A stretch of DNA of 64,000 nt, taken from contig JBBCJC010000002.1 of NCBI GenBank assembly GCA_037189525.1, positions 960,001 through 1,024,000 on the forward strand, read 5' to 3'. The stretch comes from Gemmatimonadales bacterium. GTDB taxonomy: Bacteria; Gemmatimonadota; Gemmatimonadetes; Gemmatimonadales; GWC2-71-9. Positions 19,185 through 30,563 of the stretch are shown piece by piece; position 1 is the first letter of the stretch; each line of letters opens with the position of its first letter. The notes beneath the pieces were generated by a model that saw nothing but the letters and a program-made list of their open reading frames with translations, made no database searches and was not told where the DNA came from. Made by a program: the position numbers and the translations under genes.

Positions 19185-21341
19185 ATGACCTCTCGTGCAT
19201 GGAGCCGCCGGGATTTTGTGCGCACCGGCATTGCGGTTGGTGGCGGGCTGCTGGTCACCGTCTACGGCACCGGGTGCGCTCCCAAAGGTGGCACCAGTTC
19301 GGCCGGGCCGAACGAGATCTGGGATGCGAATGCATTCATTCGGCTGGGTGACGACGGCAGTGTCACCATCTTTTCCAAACATCTCGAAATGGGGCAGGGC
19401 GCCTATACCGGCCTGGCCACCATCGTGGCCGATGAACTCGATGCGGACTGGAGCCGGGTGCGGGTCGAAGGGGCGCCGGCCGACGCCCAGCGCTACGGCA
19501 ACAGCGCCTTCGGCGGGATCCAGGGTACCGGCGGGTCGACGGCCGTGGCCAACTCGTGGGAGCAGCACCGCCAGGCGGGCGCCACGGCGCGGGCGCTGCT
19601 GCTCGCGGCGGCTGCGCAGCAGTGGAGCGTGCCCGTCGAGGAATTGAGCACCGAGCCGAATACGGTGGTGCATACCAAGAGCCGGCGCAAGGCTGCCTAT
19701 GGCTCGCTGGTCACCGCGGCGGCTGCCTTACCCGTGCCCGAGAACGTGCCGCTCAAGGATCCCAAGGACTTCCGCTACATCGGCAAGGACAGGGCGGCGC
19801 TGCGCACCGACGCGCGCGACAAGACGACCGGCCAGGCGCAGTTTACCCAGGACGTTCGGTTGCCGGGCATGTTGACGGCGGTGGTTGCGCATCCGCCGCT
19901 CTTCGGCGCCACCGTCAAGTCGTTCGATGCGAGCAAAGCCAAGGCGGTTCGGGGCGTCGTCGACGTGGTCCAGATTCCGAACGGGGTTGCGGTACTGGCG
20001 GACAACACCTGGGCCGCGAAGCAAGGGCGGGATGCGCTCGCAGTCGAGTGGGATACCGGGAAGGCCAACACGCTGGGCGACGCCGAGATCATGGCGGAGC
20101 TGCGCCGACTGGCGGGACGCCCGGGCACCGAGATCCGGCGTGACGGCAATGCGGCGCGGGCGCTGGCCGGCGCGGCCAAGACGGTCGAGGCGAGTTACGA
20201 GTTTCCGTACCTGTCGCACGCGTGCATGGAGCCGATGAATTGTGTCATCGACCTCAAGGCGGATCGGGTCGAAATCTGGAACGGCGAGCAGTTTCAGACC
20301 CCGGATCAGATGGCGGTGGCCGCGGCGACGGGATTCAAGCCGGAGCAGATCAAGATCAACATGCTGTATGCCGGTGGCAGCTTCGGCCGGCGTGCCAATC
20401 CGAAAGCCGACTACATCCTGGAAGCGCTCTCGATTGCCAAGGCCATCGAAGGCCGAGTGCCGGTCAAACTGGTCTGGACGCGCGAAGACGACTCGGCGGC
20501 GGGGTACTTCCGCCCGGCGTTCCTCCACAAGATCAGCGCGGGGCTCGACGCCGACGGGAAGCCGGTGGCCTGGTCGCATCGGGTGGTCGGACAGTCGATT
20601 TCGGCGGGGACGATGTTCGACTCCGGGACCGGCAAAGATCCGGCTTCGTTCGAGGGCGCCGCGGATCATCCGTATGACATCCCCAACGTCTATGTCGACC
20701 TGCACTCTCCGGTTTTTGGGGTGCCGACGCAGTGGTGGCGCTCGGTCGGTCATACCCATACCGGGTTTGCGGTCGAGATGTTCGTCGACGAACTGGCCCG
20801 GAGCGCCGGCGCCGATCCCGTCGAGTTCCGGCGCAGCTTGCTGGGCAAAGAGCCGCGCTGGCTGGGCGTCCTCAACCTTGCTGCGGAGAAAGCGGGGTGG
20901 GGCGGCCCGCTTCCCGAAGGACGGGCGCGCGGTGTCGCCGTACACAAGTCCTTCAATTCGTATGTCGCGGAAGTCGCCGAGGTCTCGCTGGAGGATGGCA
21001 AACCGCGGGTGCATCGGGTGGTCTGTGCCGTCGACTGCGGCATCGTGGTCAATCCCGATGTCGTGCGGATGCAGATGGAAAGCGGGATTGCGTACGGGTT
21101 GAGCGCGGCGTTGTACGGACGGATTGCAATCGACAAGGGCAAGGTGGTGTCGACCAACTTCGATCGCTACCGGGTGCTCCGGATCAATGAAATGCCGGCG
21201 GTCGAAGTCCACATCGTTCCGTCGACCGAAAAGCCCACCGGCGTCGGTGAGCCGGGCACGCCGCCGATCGGTCCGGCGGTGGCCAACGCGGTGGCGGTGT
21301 TGACGGGAAGTCCGGTACGGACGCTGCCATTCAGCGTCTGA
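19185..21341 (+). CDS. iorB: Isoquinoline 1-oxidoreductase-type beta subunit (xanthine dehydrogenase family, molybdopterin-binding), Tat substrate
   Basis: SRRDF Tat signal; EMGQG, TGGST, GGSFGRR, WRSV and GVGEPGTPP motifs. Confidence 0.92.
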   Translation: MTSRAWSRRDFVRTGIAVGGGLLVTVYGTGCAPKGGTSSAGPNEIWDANAFIRLGDDGSVTIFSKHLEMGQGAYTGLATIVADELDADWSRVRVEGAPADAQRYGNSAFGGIQGTGGSTAVANSWEQHRQAGATARALLLAAAAQQWSVPVEELSTEPNTVVHTKSRRKAAYGSLVTAAAALPVPENVPLKDPKDFRYIGKDRAALRTDARDKTTGQAQFTQDVRLPGMLTAVVAHPPLFGATVKSFDASKAKAVRGVVDVVQIPNGVAVLADNTWAAKQGRDALAVEWDTGKANTLGDAEIMAELRRLAGRPGTEIRRDGNAARALAGAAKTVEASYEFPYLSHACMEPMNCVIDLKADRVEIWNGEQFQTPDQMAVAAATGFKPEQIKINMLYAGGSFGRRANPKADYILEALSIAKAIEGRVPVKLVWTREDDSAAGYFRPAFLHKISAGLDADGKPVAWSHRVVGQSISAGTMFDSGTGKDPASFEGAADHPYDIPNVYVDLHSPVFGVPTQWWRSVGHTHTGFAVEMFVDELARSAGADPVEFRRSLLGKEPRWLGVLNLAAEKAGWGGPLPEGRARGVAVHKSFNSYVAEVAEVSLEDGKPRVHRVVCAVDCGIVVNPDVVRMQMESGIAYGLSAALYGRIAIDKGKVVSTNFDRYRVLRINEMPAVEVHIVPSTEKPTGVGEPGTPPIGPAVANAVAVLTGSPVRTLPFSV

Positions 21342-21364
21342 GTTTGTTGCACGGCAGGCGGCGG

Positions 21365-21401
21365 CGCGGTGAGAGAGCGATCTCTCACCGCGTTTTTTTT
21401 T
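21365..21401 (+). terminator. Intrinsic terminator after iorAB
   Basis: Perfect 12-bp stem CGCGGTGAGAGA-GCGA-TCTCTCACCGCG followed by a T run. Confidence 0.9.
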
Positions 21402-21817
21402 CAGGGCATCCGAACGGTCCAGGCGCGCTGGATCAGCCCGCCGCGGATCTCATACATCCAGATCGAGTGATCGCGTTCGCCGGGTTTGGCCTTCCAGCGT
21501 TCGAGTTCGAACACGAACGGTCCGCTGGCGACGCGCGGGTCGACCGTGATGATCAGGCGCTCGGGCCGAGCCAGCATGGTCGCGAAACGCTCGCGGATGG
21601 TGGCTTTGTCTTTGGCGATCAGATTGCCGGAGGGAAATTCCGTCATCGTGGCCGATTCGGCAAAGAGCACCATCATGCCGTCGACGTCGCCGCGGTTGAA
21701 GGCGTCGATCTGCTTCTCGGCAACACGGAGCGGCAGCGTGTCCGACGTTGCTTGCTGCGCAGTGGCGCCGGCGGGCGCGCAGACGAGAGTGGCCAGAAGG
21801 GCAAAGCGCACGGGCAT
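21401..21817 (-). CDS. Exported SnoaL/NTF2-like protein
   Basis: Signal peptide; QIDAFNRGDVDGMMVLFAE and YEIRGGLIQRAW. Confidence 0.8.
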   Translation of the reverse strand: MPVRFALLATLVCAPAGATAQQATSDTLPLRVAEKQIDAFNRGDVDGMMVLFAESATMTEFPSGNLIAKDKATIRERFATMLARPERLIITVDPRVASGPFVFELERWKAKPGERDHSIWMYEIRGGLIQRAWTVRMP

Positions 21818-21996
21818 GTCCTGGTGGAGTTGTCAAAAAGTTAATCTCCCGTCCACAAAAGGCGATCGGGGCGCCGGCAATTGTCGTCGACCGCGAAAAT
21901 GGCAGCGCCTTGACGACTCCGTGATCCGTCTGTTTCATTGCGTGCGCCGACGCGATTCTTCTGCATCGGTCAGACTCCCGCACAATCCGGTGCAGC

Positions 21997-22617
21997 ATGA
22001 CGCGACGCTTTCAGCTCGGGCTTGGCATATTCCGGCGGCAGACTCCTGCGCCGTCGGGTGCGCGTGAGACCGCGCTGCTCGAGCGTGTCATGCACGAGTA
22101 TTGGGCGCCGTTGGTTGCCTACGCGACCCGTCTCCTGGGCGACGGCGCGACGGCCGAAGATCTGGTGCAGCGCGGATTCGTTCGTTTGTGGGAACGCGGG
22201 CACTCGTTGCCGGAAGGCGCGGAACTGCGGCCGTTCCTGTATCGGGTAGTTCGCAATCTGGTAGCCAATGAATGGCGCCGGGTTCGCAATCGGGCGCACT
22301 GGATCGAAGACGAGGCGCTCGACGCGCCTTGTCTCCTGACCACCGATGGTCTGCTCGATGCCCGGGAACTCGAAACGGCCGTTGAACTTGCGGTCGAGCA
22401 ACTGCCGCCCCGGCGTCGCGAAATCTTCGTGCTGTCCCGCTACCACGGTCTCTCGAACGCCGAGATCGCGAGTCTGCTCGATCTGTCGCCGCAGACCGTT
22501 GCCAATACGATGGTTACCGCGCTCCGGGACCTCCGGCGCCTGTTGGCCGTCCACCTCGAAAGCTCGTCCTCCAACCCCACCCTCCAGATCGTCCGCCGGA
22601 ACGCGTCCTCCCGATAG
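21997..22617 (+). CDS. ECF RNA polymerase sigma-70 factor
   Basis: AEDLVQRGFVRLW, FLYRVVRN, LPPRRREIFVLSRYHGLSNAEIA. Confidence 0.9.
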   Translation: MTRRFQLGLGIFRRQTPAPSGARETALLERVMHEYWAPLVAYATRLLGDGATAEDLVQRGFVRLWERGHSLPEGAELRPFLYRVVRNLVANEWRRVRNRAHWIEDEALDAPCLLTTDGLLDARELETAVELAVEQLPPRRREIFVLSRYHGLSNAEIASLLDLSPQTVANTMVTALRDLRRLLAVHLESSSSNPTLQIVRRNASSR

Positions 22618-22701
22618 TATCCGTCCGGTTCTCGCGGGTTCTCCTCACGACGAGGGGCATGCCGGGTTGTGGTCCGGTACCCTCCGGACCTTCGGAGCCC
22701 T

Positions 22702-23646
22702 ATGGACGAGTACATCCTCGCGGAACTACAGGACCGGATTGCGCCGGCCGATGCCGCTCGACTGAGCGCCTGGCGTCGCGCCGCGCCCGCGAATGAAGCC
22801 CGATACCAGCAACTCGCGCAGCTTTGGCGCGTTACCAATCGCCCTGATCCGTGGCTGCCGGCATCGCACCCGCCGGCCCTCGGGGCCATCCTCGATCGGC
22901 GCAAAACTCTCAGGCGGCGTTACGCCCTAACGGGCCTCGCGGCCGCGGCCGTGATCATCCTCGCCGTGGGCCAGTTCTGGCGCGGCCCCGGCGCCGTGCC
23001 GTCGTCCAACCCCGCCGGGCTCGGCGCCGCCGAATTCATCACGGAAATCGAAGAACTCGCGACCGCGCGTCTCGACGACGGAAGCATGGTGCGCCTCGCG
23101 CCCAAGAGCCGGCTGCGCGTTTCGCCCACCCGGGCGCGTCGTGAAGTCTGGCTCGACGGCCAGGCCTTCTTTGCCGTGGCGCGCGACACCGCTCGGCCGT
23201 TCACGGTGCGCACCCGGATCGGCGATGTCGAAGTGCTGGGCACCCGTTTCGACGTTCGGGTCGAGGGTACGGCGCTCCGGCTGGTGGTTACGGAGGGCCA
23301 AGTAGCCCTGACCGCGGGCGGACGGCGTGAGATCGTGGTGGCCGGACAGATCGCGACGGTCACCGACGGCGAGGCGCCGCTGGTGATTCGCGGGGCCAAT
23401 CCCGACACGGCGCTGACCTGGATGCGCGGCTTCCTGGTGTTCCAGGATACGCCGTTGCGTCAGGCGGCCCGGGAAATCGAGCGACGGTACGGCATCCAGA
23501 TTCTGCTGCCCGATACGGTCGTTGCCGAACGATTGGTCACGGCCTGGTTCACCTCGCAGGAGGTGGGTCAGGTGTTGGACGCCGTCTGCCGCGCGGTGGA
23601 GGCTCACTGCACGCTGCATAACGGTGTAGCGAGTATCGAGCCATGA
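22702..23646 (+). CDS. FecR family anti-sigma factor
   Basis: WRRAAPANEARY, TM helix, LDDGSMVRL, LDGQAFF, VLGTRFDV, WMRGFLVFQDTPL. Confidence 0.9.
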   Translation: MDEYILAELQDRIAPADAARLSAWRRAAPANEARYQQLAQLWRVTNRPDPWLPASHPPALGAILDRRKTLRRRYALTGLAAAAVIILAVGQFWRGPGAVPSSNPAGLGAAEFITEIEELATARLDDGSMVRLAPKSRLRVSPTRARREVWLDGQAFFAVARDTARPFTVRTRIGDVEVLGTRFDVRVEGTALRLVVTEGQVALTAGGRREIVVAGQIATVTDGEAPLVIRGANPDTALTWMRGFLVFQDTPLRQAAREIERRYGIQILLPDTVVAERLVTAWFTSQEVGQVLDAVCRAVEAHCTLHNGVASIEP

Positions 23647-26600
23647 GGCACGCGACACGCGAACGCGGGAACGATGCGATGTCAGACACGAGGAGGAGAA
23701 CCAGGATGTTGCAGATCCCCTTAGCACTGGTATTCATGACCGCCGCGGCCGCATCCAGCGATGCCCAGCTTGCGATGTCGGTGGTCGATGCCGGCCCGCT
23801 GGCTCGGCCGGCCCGACTGAACCTCGAGCGTGTCCCGCTGGCCAACGGCTTGCAGCTCCTGCACGAGCGATCCGGCGTCGCGCTGGCCTTCAGCTCGCGT
23901 CTGGTGCCGGCGCGCCAACTGGTGAGTTGCCCGTGCGAGAGCGCCACGGTGGGTCAGGCGCTCGATCATATGCTGGCCGGCCTGGGGCTCAAGGCCACCG
24001 AGCTGGGCGGTGACATGGTCATCATTGCGCCGGCCCGGAACGATCGCGCGCGGAATCCCGAGGATGCGCGGCTGCCGAGTGCGGGGCCCGACGCCCTCGA
24101 ATCGGTGCGCGCGGACGACATCGCCGGCCGGATCGTGGGCCGAGTGGTCGCGTCGAGCGGCGAGCCCGTCGGTGAGGCGCAGATCGCGATCGACGGGACC
24201 GGGTTCCGGACCACCAGCGGACCTGACGGGCGATATGCCATTGCCGGCGTTCCGGATGGCACCCATCGGGTCATCGCCCGTCGGATCGGGTACGCGGCCG
24301 AGTCGCGGACCGTGACGGTGGCCGGCGGCGACGTGACGCTGGATTTCACGATGAATCCGGTCTCGATCCGGCTCGATGAAGTCGTGGTGACCGGTACCGC
24401 CGGGCAGGCGCGGCGGCGTGAGGTGGGCAACAGCATCGGGACCATCGACAACGAGCGCCTCGCCGCCGCGCCCCGCACCACGATGAGCGAGATGCTGCAG
24501 GGTCAGGTGGCCGGCGTACAGCAGTTTGCCAACGAGGGCCAGGTCGGCTCGGGCAGCACTATCACGATTCGCGGGCTGAGCAGCCTGACGCAGAGTTCCG
24601 AGCCGCTGATCTACATCGACGGCGTGCGGGTCAACAACGCGACCTACATGAACAACTCGCTCACCCGCACCACGGCAACCGGGAATCCGGGCGCCAACGG
24701 CGCGCAGAACTCGCCCAAGCCGCTCGACAACATCAACCCCGACGACGTGCTCCGGATCGAAGTGATCCGCGGGCCTGCGGCGACCACGCTGTACGGAACC
24801 GAAGCCGCGGCCGGTGTGATCCAGGTCTTTACCAAGCGGGGCCAGTTCGGCACCCGGCCGCAGTGGAACCTGACGCTGGGCGGCGGCGTGCGGACTCAGA
24901 CGGCCAACAGTCTCGGCCCCGTGGTAGGCAAGGACCCGACCTTCCTCGGTCTCAAGCCCTTCCTCCGGAACGGTGCGCAGCACGAGGCCGATCTGTCGGT
25001 GGCGGGCGGCAACGACGTGATCCGGTACTTCGTCGCGGCCAATCACGAGTACGCCGAAGGTACCTTGCCCAAGAACGACTCGCGGCGGGCGGGCCTCCGG
25101 GCCAACTTCGATTTCCAGCCGCAGGACAAGTTGTCAATCCACGTGTCGAGCGCCTTCTCGAACCGGACCAGTCACTTCCTCGAAAGCGGCGACAACACCT
25201 ACGGCTTCCTGCTCAACGTCTTCCGCGGCTCGCAGGACTACACCGGCGGCAATCACGCCATGCTGCTGGACATCGACAACGCGAGCCGGACCGATCACCT
25301 GGTCACCGGCGTGACGCTGACGCATACCGGAATCCGGAACGTCACGAGCAAGTTGACCGTCGGTATCGACTATACCAACTCGTTCAACGACGAGACGCTG
25401 CCGTTCGACTTCCCCTTGCTGCGGACGGGACAGCGGAACACCAGTTCCTGGACTCATCGGACCCTGACGGCCGACCTGGCCAGCACCTGGTCCAAGTCGC
25501 TCGGCTCGAAGCTGTCGTCCTCCTTCTCGGCGGGCGGCCAGTTCTACCACGACTATGACCACACCCTGATCGGAACCGCGGAAAACTTTGGTGGCCCCGG
25601 CCAGGTGACGCTCAGCTCGGGCGCCAACACCCGCGCGAGCGAGGCGCAGCTCACGGTCGTCAACGCCGGCTTCTTCGTCCAGGAGATGCTCGGCTTCAAC
25701 GATCGGTTCTTCGTGACGGTCGGTGCGCGCGCCGACGGGAACAGCGCCTTCGGCAGCAACCTCGGCTTGCAGCTCTATCCCAAGGTCAGCGCGTCGTACG
25801 TGATCTCGGACGAGTCCTTCTGGCCCAAGTGGTGGCAGACCATGAAGCTGCGTGGCGCCTGGGGTCAGGCCGGTAAGGCGCCGGGGGCGTTCGATGCCGT
25901 GCGCACCTGGACGCCGGTTGCCGGGTACGACGGCCAGCCGGGTGTGACCCCGGCCAACGTCGGTAATCCCGATCTTGGCCCGGAACGGACCAGCGAGGTC
26001 GAACTGGGCTTCGAAACCTCTGTGCTGGACGATCGCCTCTCGGCGGACGTCTCGTACTATCGCCGGACGACCAACGATGCGCTCTTCCGGGTCACGGCGC
26101 CGCCGTCGGAAGGTTTCCTTATCTCGTCGCTGCGGAACGTCGGGACGCTGCGCAGCAACGGGCTCGAGCTGTCGGTCACCGGTGTGGTGCTGCAGAAGCG
26201 GAACGTCGAGTTGAGCCTGACCGGCCAGTACAGCACCAACGAGAGCGAGGTCGTGGACCTGGGTGGCGCGCCGGCCTTCACGGTCGGGTTCGCGTCGCTG
26301 GGCCAGTGGGTTCGCCAGGGCTATCCGATGGTCTCGGTATTCGGACGGCAGGTCACCAATCCGGATGACATCGCGGAGCCGCAGTATGCCACCGACCAGT
26401 ATCTCGGTTCGGTCTACCCGACCTTCAACTATGGATTCAGCATGAATCTGCGGCTCTTCCAGCGCTTCACGCTGACGGCGCTCGGCGAGGGGGCGGGAGG
26501 CCATGTGGCGCTCAACAACTTCCCGTGGCAGTCGGCGCGCCGGAACCTCTGGCCCGAGTGCAACGATCGCCAGCCGCTGACCGACCAGGCCGCGATCTGG

Positions 26601-26894
26601 CGTGCTCGCTGCGCCGGTCCGCTGCAGGATCGTGAATCGTGGATTCGGCCGGCGGATTACTTCAAGCTGCGCACCATCGGGGCGACCTATCAGGTTCCCA
26701 AGGGCGTCGTGCCTGGTGCGGAGAGCGCGTCGCTGTCGCTGCAGATCCAGAATCCGTGGAAGTGGTCCAAGCATCCCGGTCTCGATCCGGAGCTGACCCG
26801 CGGCGGCACCTTCGCGGTCTTCCCGGCCCGTTACGAGTATTACCAGCTGTCGCCGGCCCGGCTCGTCACGGTCGCCGCGCGTCTGTCTTACTGA
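23643..26894 (+). CDS. SusC/RagA-like TonB-dependent receptor with STN domain
   Basis: STN, carboxypeptidase-regulatory-like domain, LDEVVVTG, INPDDVLRIEVIRGPAATTLYG, GNPDLGPERTSE, C-terminal aromatic residue. Confidence 0.93.
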   Translation: MRHATRERGNDAMSDTRRRTRMLQIPLALVFMTAAAASSDAQLAMSVVDAGPLARPARLNLERVPLANGLQLLHERSGVALAFSSRLVPARQLVSCPCESATVGQALDHMLAGLGLKATELGGDMVIIAPARNDRARNPEDARLPSAGPDALESVRADDIAGRIVGRVVASSGEPVGEAQIAIDGTGFRTTSGPDGRYAIAGVPDGTHRVIARRIGYAAESRTVTVAGGDVTLDFTMNPVSIRLDEVVVTGTAGQARRREVGNSIGTIDNERLAAAPRTTMSEMLQGQVAGVQQFANEGQVGSGSTITIRGLSSLTQSSEPLIYIDGVRVNNATYMNNSLTRTTATGNPGANGAQNSPKPLDNINPDDVLRIEVIRGPAATTLYGTEAAAGVIQVFTKRGQFGTRPQWNLTLGGGVRTQTANSLGPVVGKDPTFLGLKPFLRNGAQHEADLSVAGGNDVIRYFVAANHEYAEGTLPKNDSRRAGLRANFDFQPQDKLSIHVSSAFSNRTSHFLESGDNTYGFLLNVFRGSQDYTGGNHAMLLDIDNASRTDHLVTGVTLTHTGIRNVTSKLTVGIDYTNSFNDETLPFDFPLLRTGQRNTSSWTHRTLTADLASTWSKSLGSKLSSSFSAGGQFYHDYDHTLIGTAENFGGPGQVTLSSGANTRASEAQLTVVNAGFFVQEMLGFNDRFFVTVGARADGNSAFGSNLGLQLYPKVSASYVISDESFWPKWWQTMKLRGAWGQAGKAPGAFDAVRTWTPVAGYDGQPGVTPANVGNPDLGPERTSEVELGFETSVLDDRLSADVSYYRRTTNDALFRVTAPPSEGFLISSLRNVGTLRSNGLELSVTGVVLQKRNVELSLTGQYSTNESEVVDLGGAPAFTVGFASLGQWVRQGYPMVSVFGRQVTNPDDIAEPQYATDQYLGSVYPTFNYGFSMNLRLFQRFTLTALGEGAGGHVALNNFPWQSARRNLWPECNDRQPLTDQAAIWRARCAGPLQDRESWIRPADYFKLRTIGATYQVPKGVVPGAESASLSLQIQNPWKWSKHPGLDPELTRGGTFAVFPARYEYYQLSPARLVTVAARLSY

Positions 26895-26911
26895 GGAGCG
26901 AGGAGCAACCG

Positions 26912-28147
26912 ATGCAGTCCAGCAACATATCCAGGAACGTGAACGGCAACCTGGTTCGGTGGACGGCGGCGTCGTGGCTCTGCCTGGGTGTACTGACAGG
27001 CTGCGACATCACGAATCCGGGTCCGATTCAGGATGATGCGCTCGAAGTGCCCGCCGCGGGCAAAACCGTGCTGGTCGGGTTGGTGTCCGACGTCGAAGTC
27101 TCGGCATCGGTCGCGGCCTATTACTCCGGCGTTGCCAGCACCGACCTCAACGCGGATGCGACGCAGGGATGGGTGCAGAACTTCGGCGCCGGCCGCATCA
27201 AGATCGAAGAGTCGAGCTACCTCTGGGATGAGGCCCAGGCGGCGCGCTGGACGGCCGAGCATGGAATCGAACGGCTGCGACGGACCCAGACCTCGCCCGA
27301 TCAGAGCCCGCTCCTCGCAGCGGCGCATCTGTGGGCCGGGTACGCCAACCGGATCCTGGGCGACGTCGCCTGCATGGCGATCTTCGACGGCGGCGCTCCC
27401 GAGGACAATGCCGAGTACTATCGGCGCGCCGTCGGGCATTTCCAGAACGCGATCACGATTGCCGGAGCCGTCGGTGCCACGGCGGATTCCACCGCCGCGC
27501 GCGCTCGGGCCGGATTGGCGCAAGCCTATCTGATCCTGGGCGACTACCCCCGCGCCGCCCAGTTTGCCGGGCTGGTGCCGGACGACTTCCTGTTCGTTGC
27601 GCACCGATCGGGCAACAGCGTCCGGGAGAACAACCGGATCTGGGAAGCCACGGTCGTCTCGTCGATGGCCACGGTCCACGGCACGATCAGCGCCGAACTG
27701 GGCCCGAACGGCGACCCGCGGACGCCCTGGCTCGATCTCAACAAGACCGGCGCTGGCGGCGCCCGTCCGTACTACCAGCAGCGGAAATATGTCGACCGTG
27801 GAACCGACACCCCGCTTGCCAAGGGCGCCGAGATGCGGCTGATTGAAGCCGAGGTGCTGCTTCGCGCCGGCGAGGTGACTGCGGCGATGGACAAGATCAA
27901 TGCGGTGCGGACCGCCGCCGGCGTCACGCCGGTGTCGGCCACCACGCCCGCCCAGGCCTGGGTTGCCCTCGATCGGGAGCGTCACTTTACGCTCTGGCTC
28001 GAGGGGCGCCGGCTGCGTGACAACGCTCGGCTCGGCACGACCGCGCTGAGCAGTTGGAGCGCCGGGTTCATCCAGGGCCGGGACTTGTGCTTCCCGCCCA
28101 GCCTGACCGAAGTCGCCTCCAACCCGAACCTGGAGGATCTGCGATGA
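26912..28147 (+). CDS. SusD/RagB-like nutrient-binding lipoprotein
   Basis: Lipobox VLTGC; AEMRLIEAEVLLR and ERHFTLWLEGRRLRDNAR SusD motifs; AGGAG RBS. Confidence 0.9.
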   Translation: MQSSNISRNVNGNLVRWTAASWLCLGVLTGCDITNPGPIQDDALEVPAAGKTVLVGLVSDVEVSASVAAYYSGVASTDLNADATQGWVQNFGAGRIKIEESSYLWDEAQAARWTAEHGIERLRRTQTSPDQSPLLAAAHLWAGYANRILGDVACMAIFDGGAPEDNAEYYRRAVGHFQNAITIAGAVGATADSTAARARAGLAQAYLILGDYPRAAQFAGLVPDDFLFVAHRSGNSVRENNRIWEATVVSSMATVHGTISAELGPNGDPRTPWLDLNKTGAGGARPYYQQRKYVDRGTDTPLAKGAEMRLIEAEVLLRAGEVTAAMDKINAVRTAAGVTPVSATTPAQAWVALDRERHFTLWLEGRRLRDNARLGTTALSSWSAGFIQGRDLCFPPSLTEVASNPNLEDLR

Positions 28148-29115
28148 TCGTTTGCTCCGCACGGCGGCTGGCGCCGATGCTCGTCATCGGCGCGGCGCTG
28201 GCCGGCTGTGGCCCCAAGACAGCCGAGGCTCCCCCGGCTTCCGAGCCGGCGAGCCCCAAGCCGGAAGCGGTTTCACTGCTCGGTACCAACCTGTATCCGA
28301 GAACCATCTCGGCGGCGGCGCGCGAGAAGTACGAAGCGGACCTTGCCGTGGCCAAACGCGCCCTGGACAACGCGCCGAACGATGCCGATTCGATCATCTG
28401 GTATGGTCGCCGGCTGGCCTATCTCGAGCGGTACCAGGATGCCATCGCGGCATTTTCCGACGGGATTGCCAAGCATCCGAACGATTCGCGGCTGTATCGC
28501 TTCCGGGGTCATCGATACATCACGGTGCGTGAGTTCGACAAGGCGCTTGCGGATCTGAGCCGCGCTGCTGAACTCATCAAGGGCGAGACCAACGAGCTCG
28601 AACCGGATGGCGCGCCGAACGCGCACGGCATTCCGACCAGCACCAAGCACGGCAACATTTTTTATCACCTTGCGCTGGCGCATTATCTCAAAGGGGACTA
28701 TCAGCAGGCGCTCGCGGCGTGGGACGAGGCCTACAGGATTGCCACTAACGACGACAGCCGCGTCTCGGTCAACGACTGGCGCTACATGACGCTGCGCCGG
28801 TTGGGTCGCCATGACGATGCGAAGAAGCTGCTCGGCCAGGTGAGCAAGGACATGAAGATCCTGGAGAATACGGCCTACTTCCGGCGGATGCTGATGTACA
28901 AGGGCGAGATTCCGCCGGACAGCCTGCTGGCTCAGGGCGAGACCGATCCGCTGCAGTACGTGACGCAGGGATACGGGGTGGGGAACTGGTACCTCGCCAA
29001 CGGCGACAGCACCAAGGCCTTCGAGATCTTCCAGAAGGTTCTCGATGGCGGTTACTGGGCAGCGTTCGGCTTCATTGCGGCCGAAGCCGATATTGCCCGA
29101 AAGCAGGGCCGGTAG
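28144..29115 (+). CDS. Tetratricopeptide repeat lipoprotein
   Basis: Lipobox ALAGC; several TPR units; ATGA overlap with the SusD gene. Confidence 0.85.
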   Translation: MIVCSARRLAPMLVIGAALAGCGPKTAEAPPASEPASPKPEAVSLLGTNLYPRTISAAAREKYEADLAVAKRALDNAPNDADSIIWYGRRLAYLERYQDAIAAFSDGIAKHPNDSRLYRFRGHRYITVREFDKALADLSRAAELIKGETNELEPDGAPNAHGIPTSTKHGNIFYHLALAHYLKGDYQQALAAWDEAYRIATNDDSRVSVNDWRYMTLRRLGRHDDAKKLLGQVSKDMKILENTAYFRRMLMYKGEIPPDSLLAQGETDPLQYVTQGYGVGNWYLANGDSTKAFEIFQKVLDGGYWAAFGFIAAEADIARKQGR

Positions 29116-29244
29116 GACGATCTCTCTGCCTGGCAGTCGGTGCGGACGCCATGGGTTGGACTGTCGGGTGCGGTAACCCTCACAACCCTCCTGCATATGC
29201 AAACGCTCCTCGGTCGTGACGACGGTCGAGGAGCGTTTGGTTTG

Positions 29245-30423
29245 TTAGAGCATTTTCCAGAGAGAATCGGCCGGTTTACTCTGCTTGACGCTGCGGTACC
29301 AGAGGCAGATCGGGTACAGCAACGCCAGGCCCAGCAACCAGATCAGGTACATGACCGGTCGCCCGGTACCGGCCGGGAAGAACAGGCCGATCGCGGCAAA
29401 GAGATATAGATGTGCCAGATAGAATCCGAGGGCCGTCTGGCCGAATACCAGCAGCGGGAATTGCTGGCTGCGCACTCGGTCTCTCACGGTGTCGATCGCG
29501 GCCAGGAGCAGGAGATTCGACCCCAGGGTGAGCAACAGGAAAGCCAGGCTCGGCGGGTACTTCGTGACATTGAGAAAGTTGATCCAGCCGGGGCCGGTGA
29601 CGGGATGGATATTTCCGAAGCCACCGCTCATCCGGATCAGGACGAATCCCGCCAACAGACCGATGCCTGCCAGCGCACCCGTTCGAACGGCCCGACGCGG
29701 GTCGGCACGCATCAGCCGACCGAATGCCATGCCCAGCAGCGTGACGCCGAACCAGGGCAGGAAAGGGTAGAAGACCTGCCAGGCGTTGCTATGCCCCGGA
29801 ATGGCAAACAGGCGCCACGCCGGCGAGAATAGAATGGTGGTCTGCTCCGGGCCCGGTGTCAGGTACTGACTGAGCAGGATGGCGGCGGTTCCGAATCCGA
29901 GCATCGCTCCGGCAGGCGCGCGCAGGAAGGCCGCTGACGCGATCATCGATGCGCCCAGGCCATAGAGCACGCCGAAGTGGAGCATCACCTCGCTGCCTCC
30001 TCCCGGAACCATCGGTGCCGGTTGGTGTCCTCCGAGTGTGCCGATCAGCCAGGCAGGGTTCTCGACCAGGTGCTGCAACAGGATGAGCAGCGCACCTCTC
30101 GTTATCAGATAGCGCGCAATTCTGCTGTCGGACCACCCCGATCGGCGTCGCGTGTTCGTCAGGAAGACGATCGAAGCACCCATCAGCAGAAAGAATCCGG
30201 GCGCCGCGAGATGGGTCACCAATCGTGTCAGGAATCCGGCTGCACTGTCGTATGTCGGCAGCGGAATACCCCAGAACTCTCCGGGGTGTACTTTGGCGAC
30301 GAAATAGCTGGCGTGATCGATCGCCATCAGGACCATGATCAGGCCGCGCAGCAGATCGAGCGACACGAATCGATCGGAGCCGCCTCCGGCGGTTGCACGC
30401 GGGGCGTCGGATGGAGATCTCAT
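29245..30423 (-). CDS. DUF1624/HGSNAT-like membrane protein (putative acyltransferase)
   Basis: SLDLLRGLIMVLMAIDH, THLAAPGFF, LITRG, NVTKYPPSL. Confidence 0.87.
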   Translation of the reverse strand: MRSPSDAPRATAGGGSDRFVSLDLLRGLIMVLMAIDHASYFVAKVHPGEFWGIPLPTYDSAAGFLTRLVTHLAAPGFFLLMGASIVFLTNTRRRSGWSDSRIARYLITRGALLILLQHLVENPAWLIGTLGGHQPAPMVPGGGSEVMLHFGVLYGLGASMIASAAFLRAPAGAMLGFGTAAILLSQYLTPGPEQTTILFSPAWRLFAIPGHSNAWQVFYPFLPWFGVTLLGMAFGRLMRADPRRAVRTGALAGIGLLAGFVLIRMSGGFGNIHPVTGPGWINFLNVTKYPPSLAFLLLTLGSNLLLLAAIDTVRDRVRSQQFPLLVFGQTALGFYLAHLYLFAAIGLFFPAGTGRPVMYLIWLLGLALLYPICLWYRSVKQSKPADSLWKML

Positions 30424-30527
30424 CGTTCTGGATTGTCCGGATCGGGTCTCGCCGAGTCACTCCGCTCGATAGGAAGGGAGCCCTGGCGACGGGCGGAGAA
30501 GTTGGTACGGGAGAGCAGGCCCCGCAA

Positions 30528-30554
30528 GCCCGCCGCACTCGAGGTGCGGCGGGC
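30528..30554 (-). terminator. GC-rich hairpin downstream of the amidohydrolase pair
   Basis: Perfect 11-bp stem GCCCGCCGCAC/GTGCGGCGGGC; weak U tract. Confidence 0.45.
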
Positions 30555-30563
30555 CCGGGAAGA

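Noticed and set aside
15883..28162. Long minus-strand ORFs (15883-17271, 19728-21212, 23721-25046, 25134-26774, 26888-28162)
   Set aside because: Shadows of well-supported plus-strand genes
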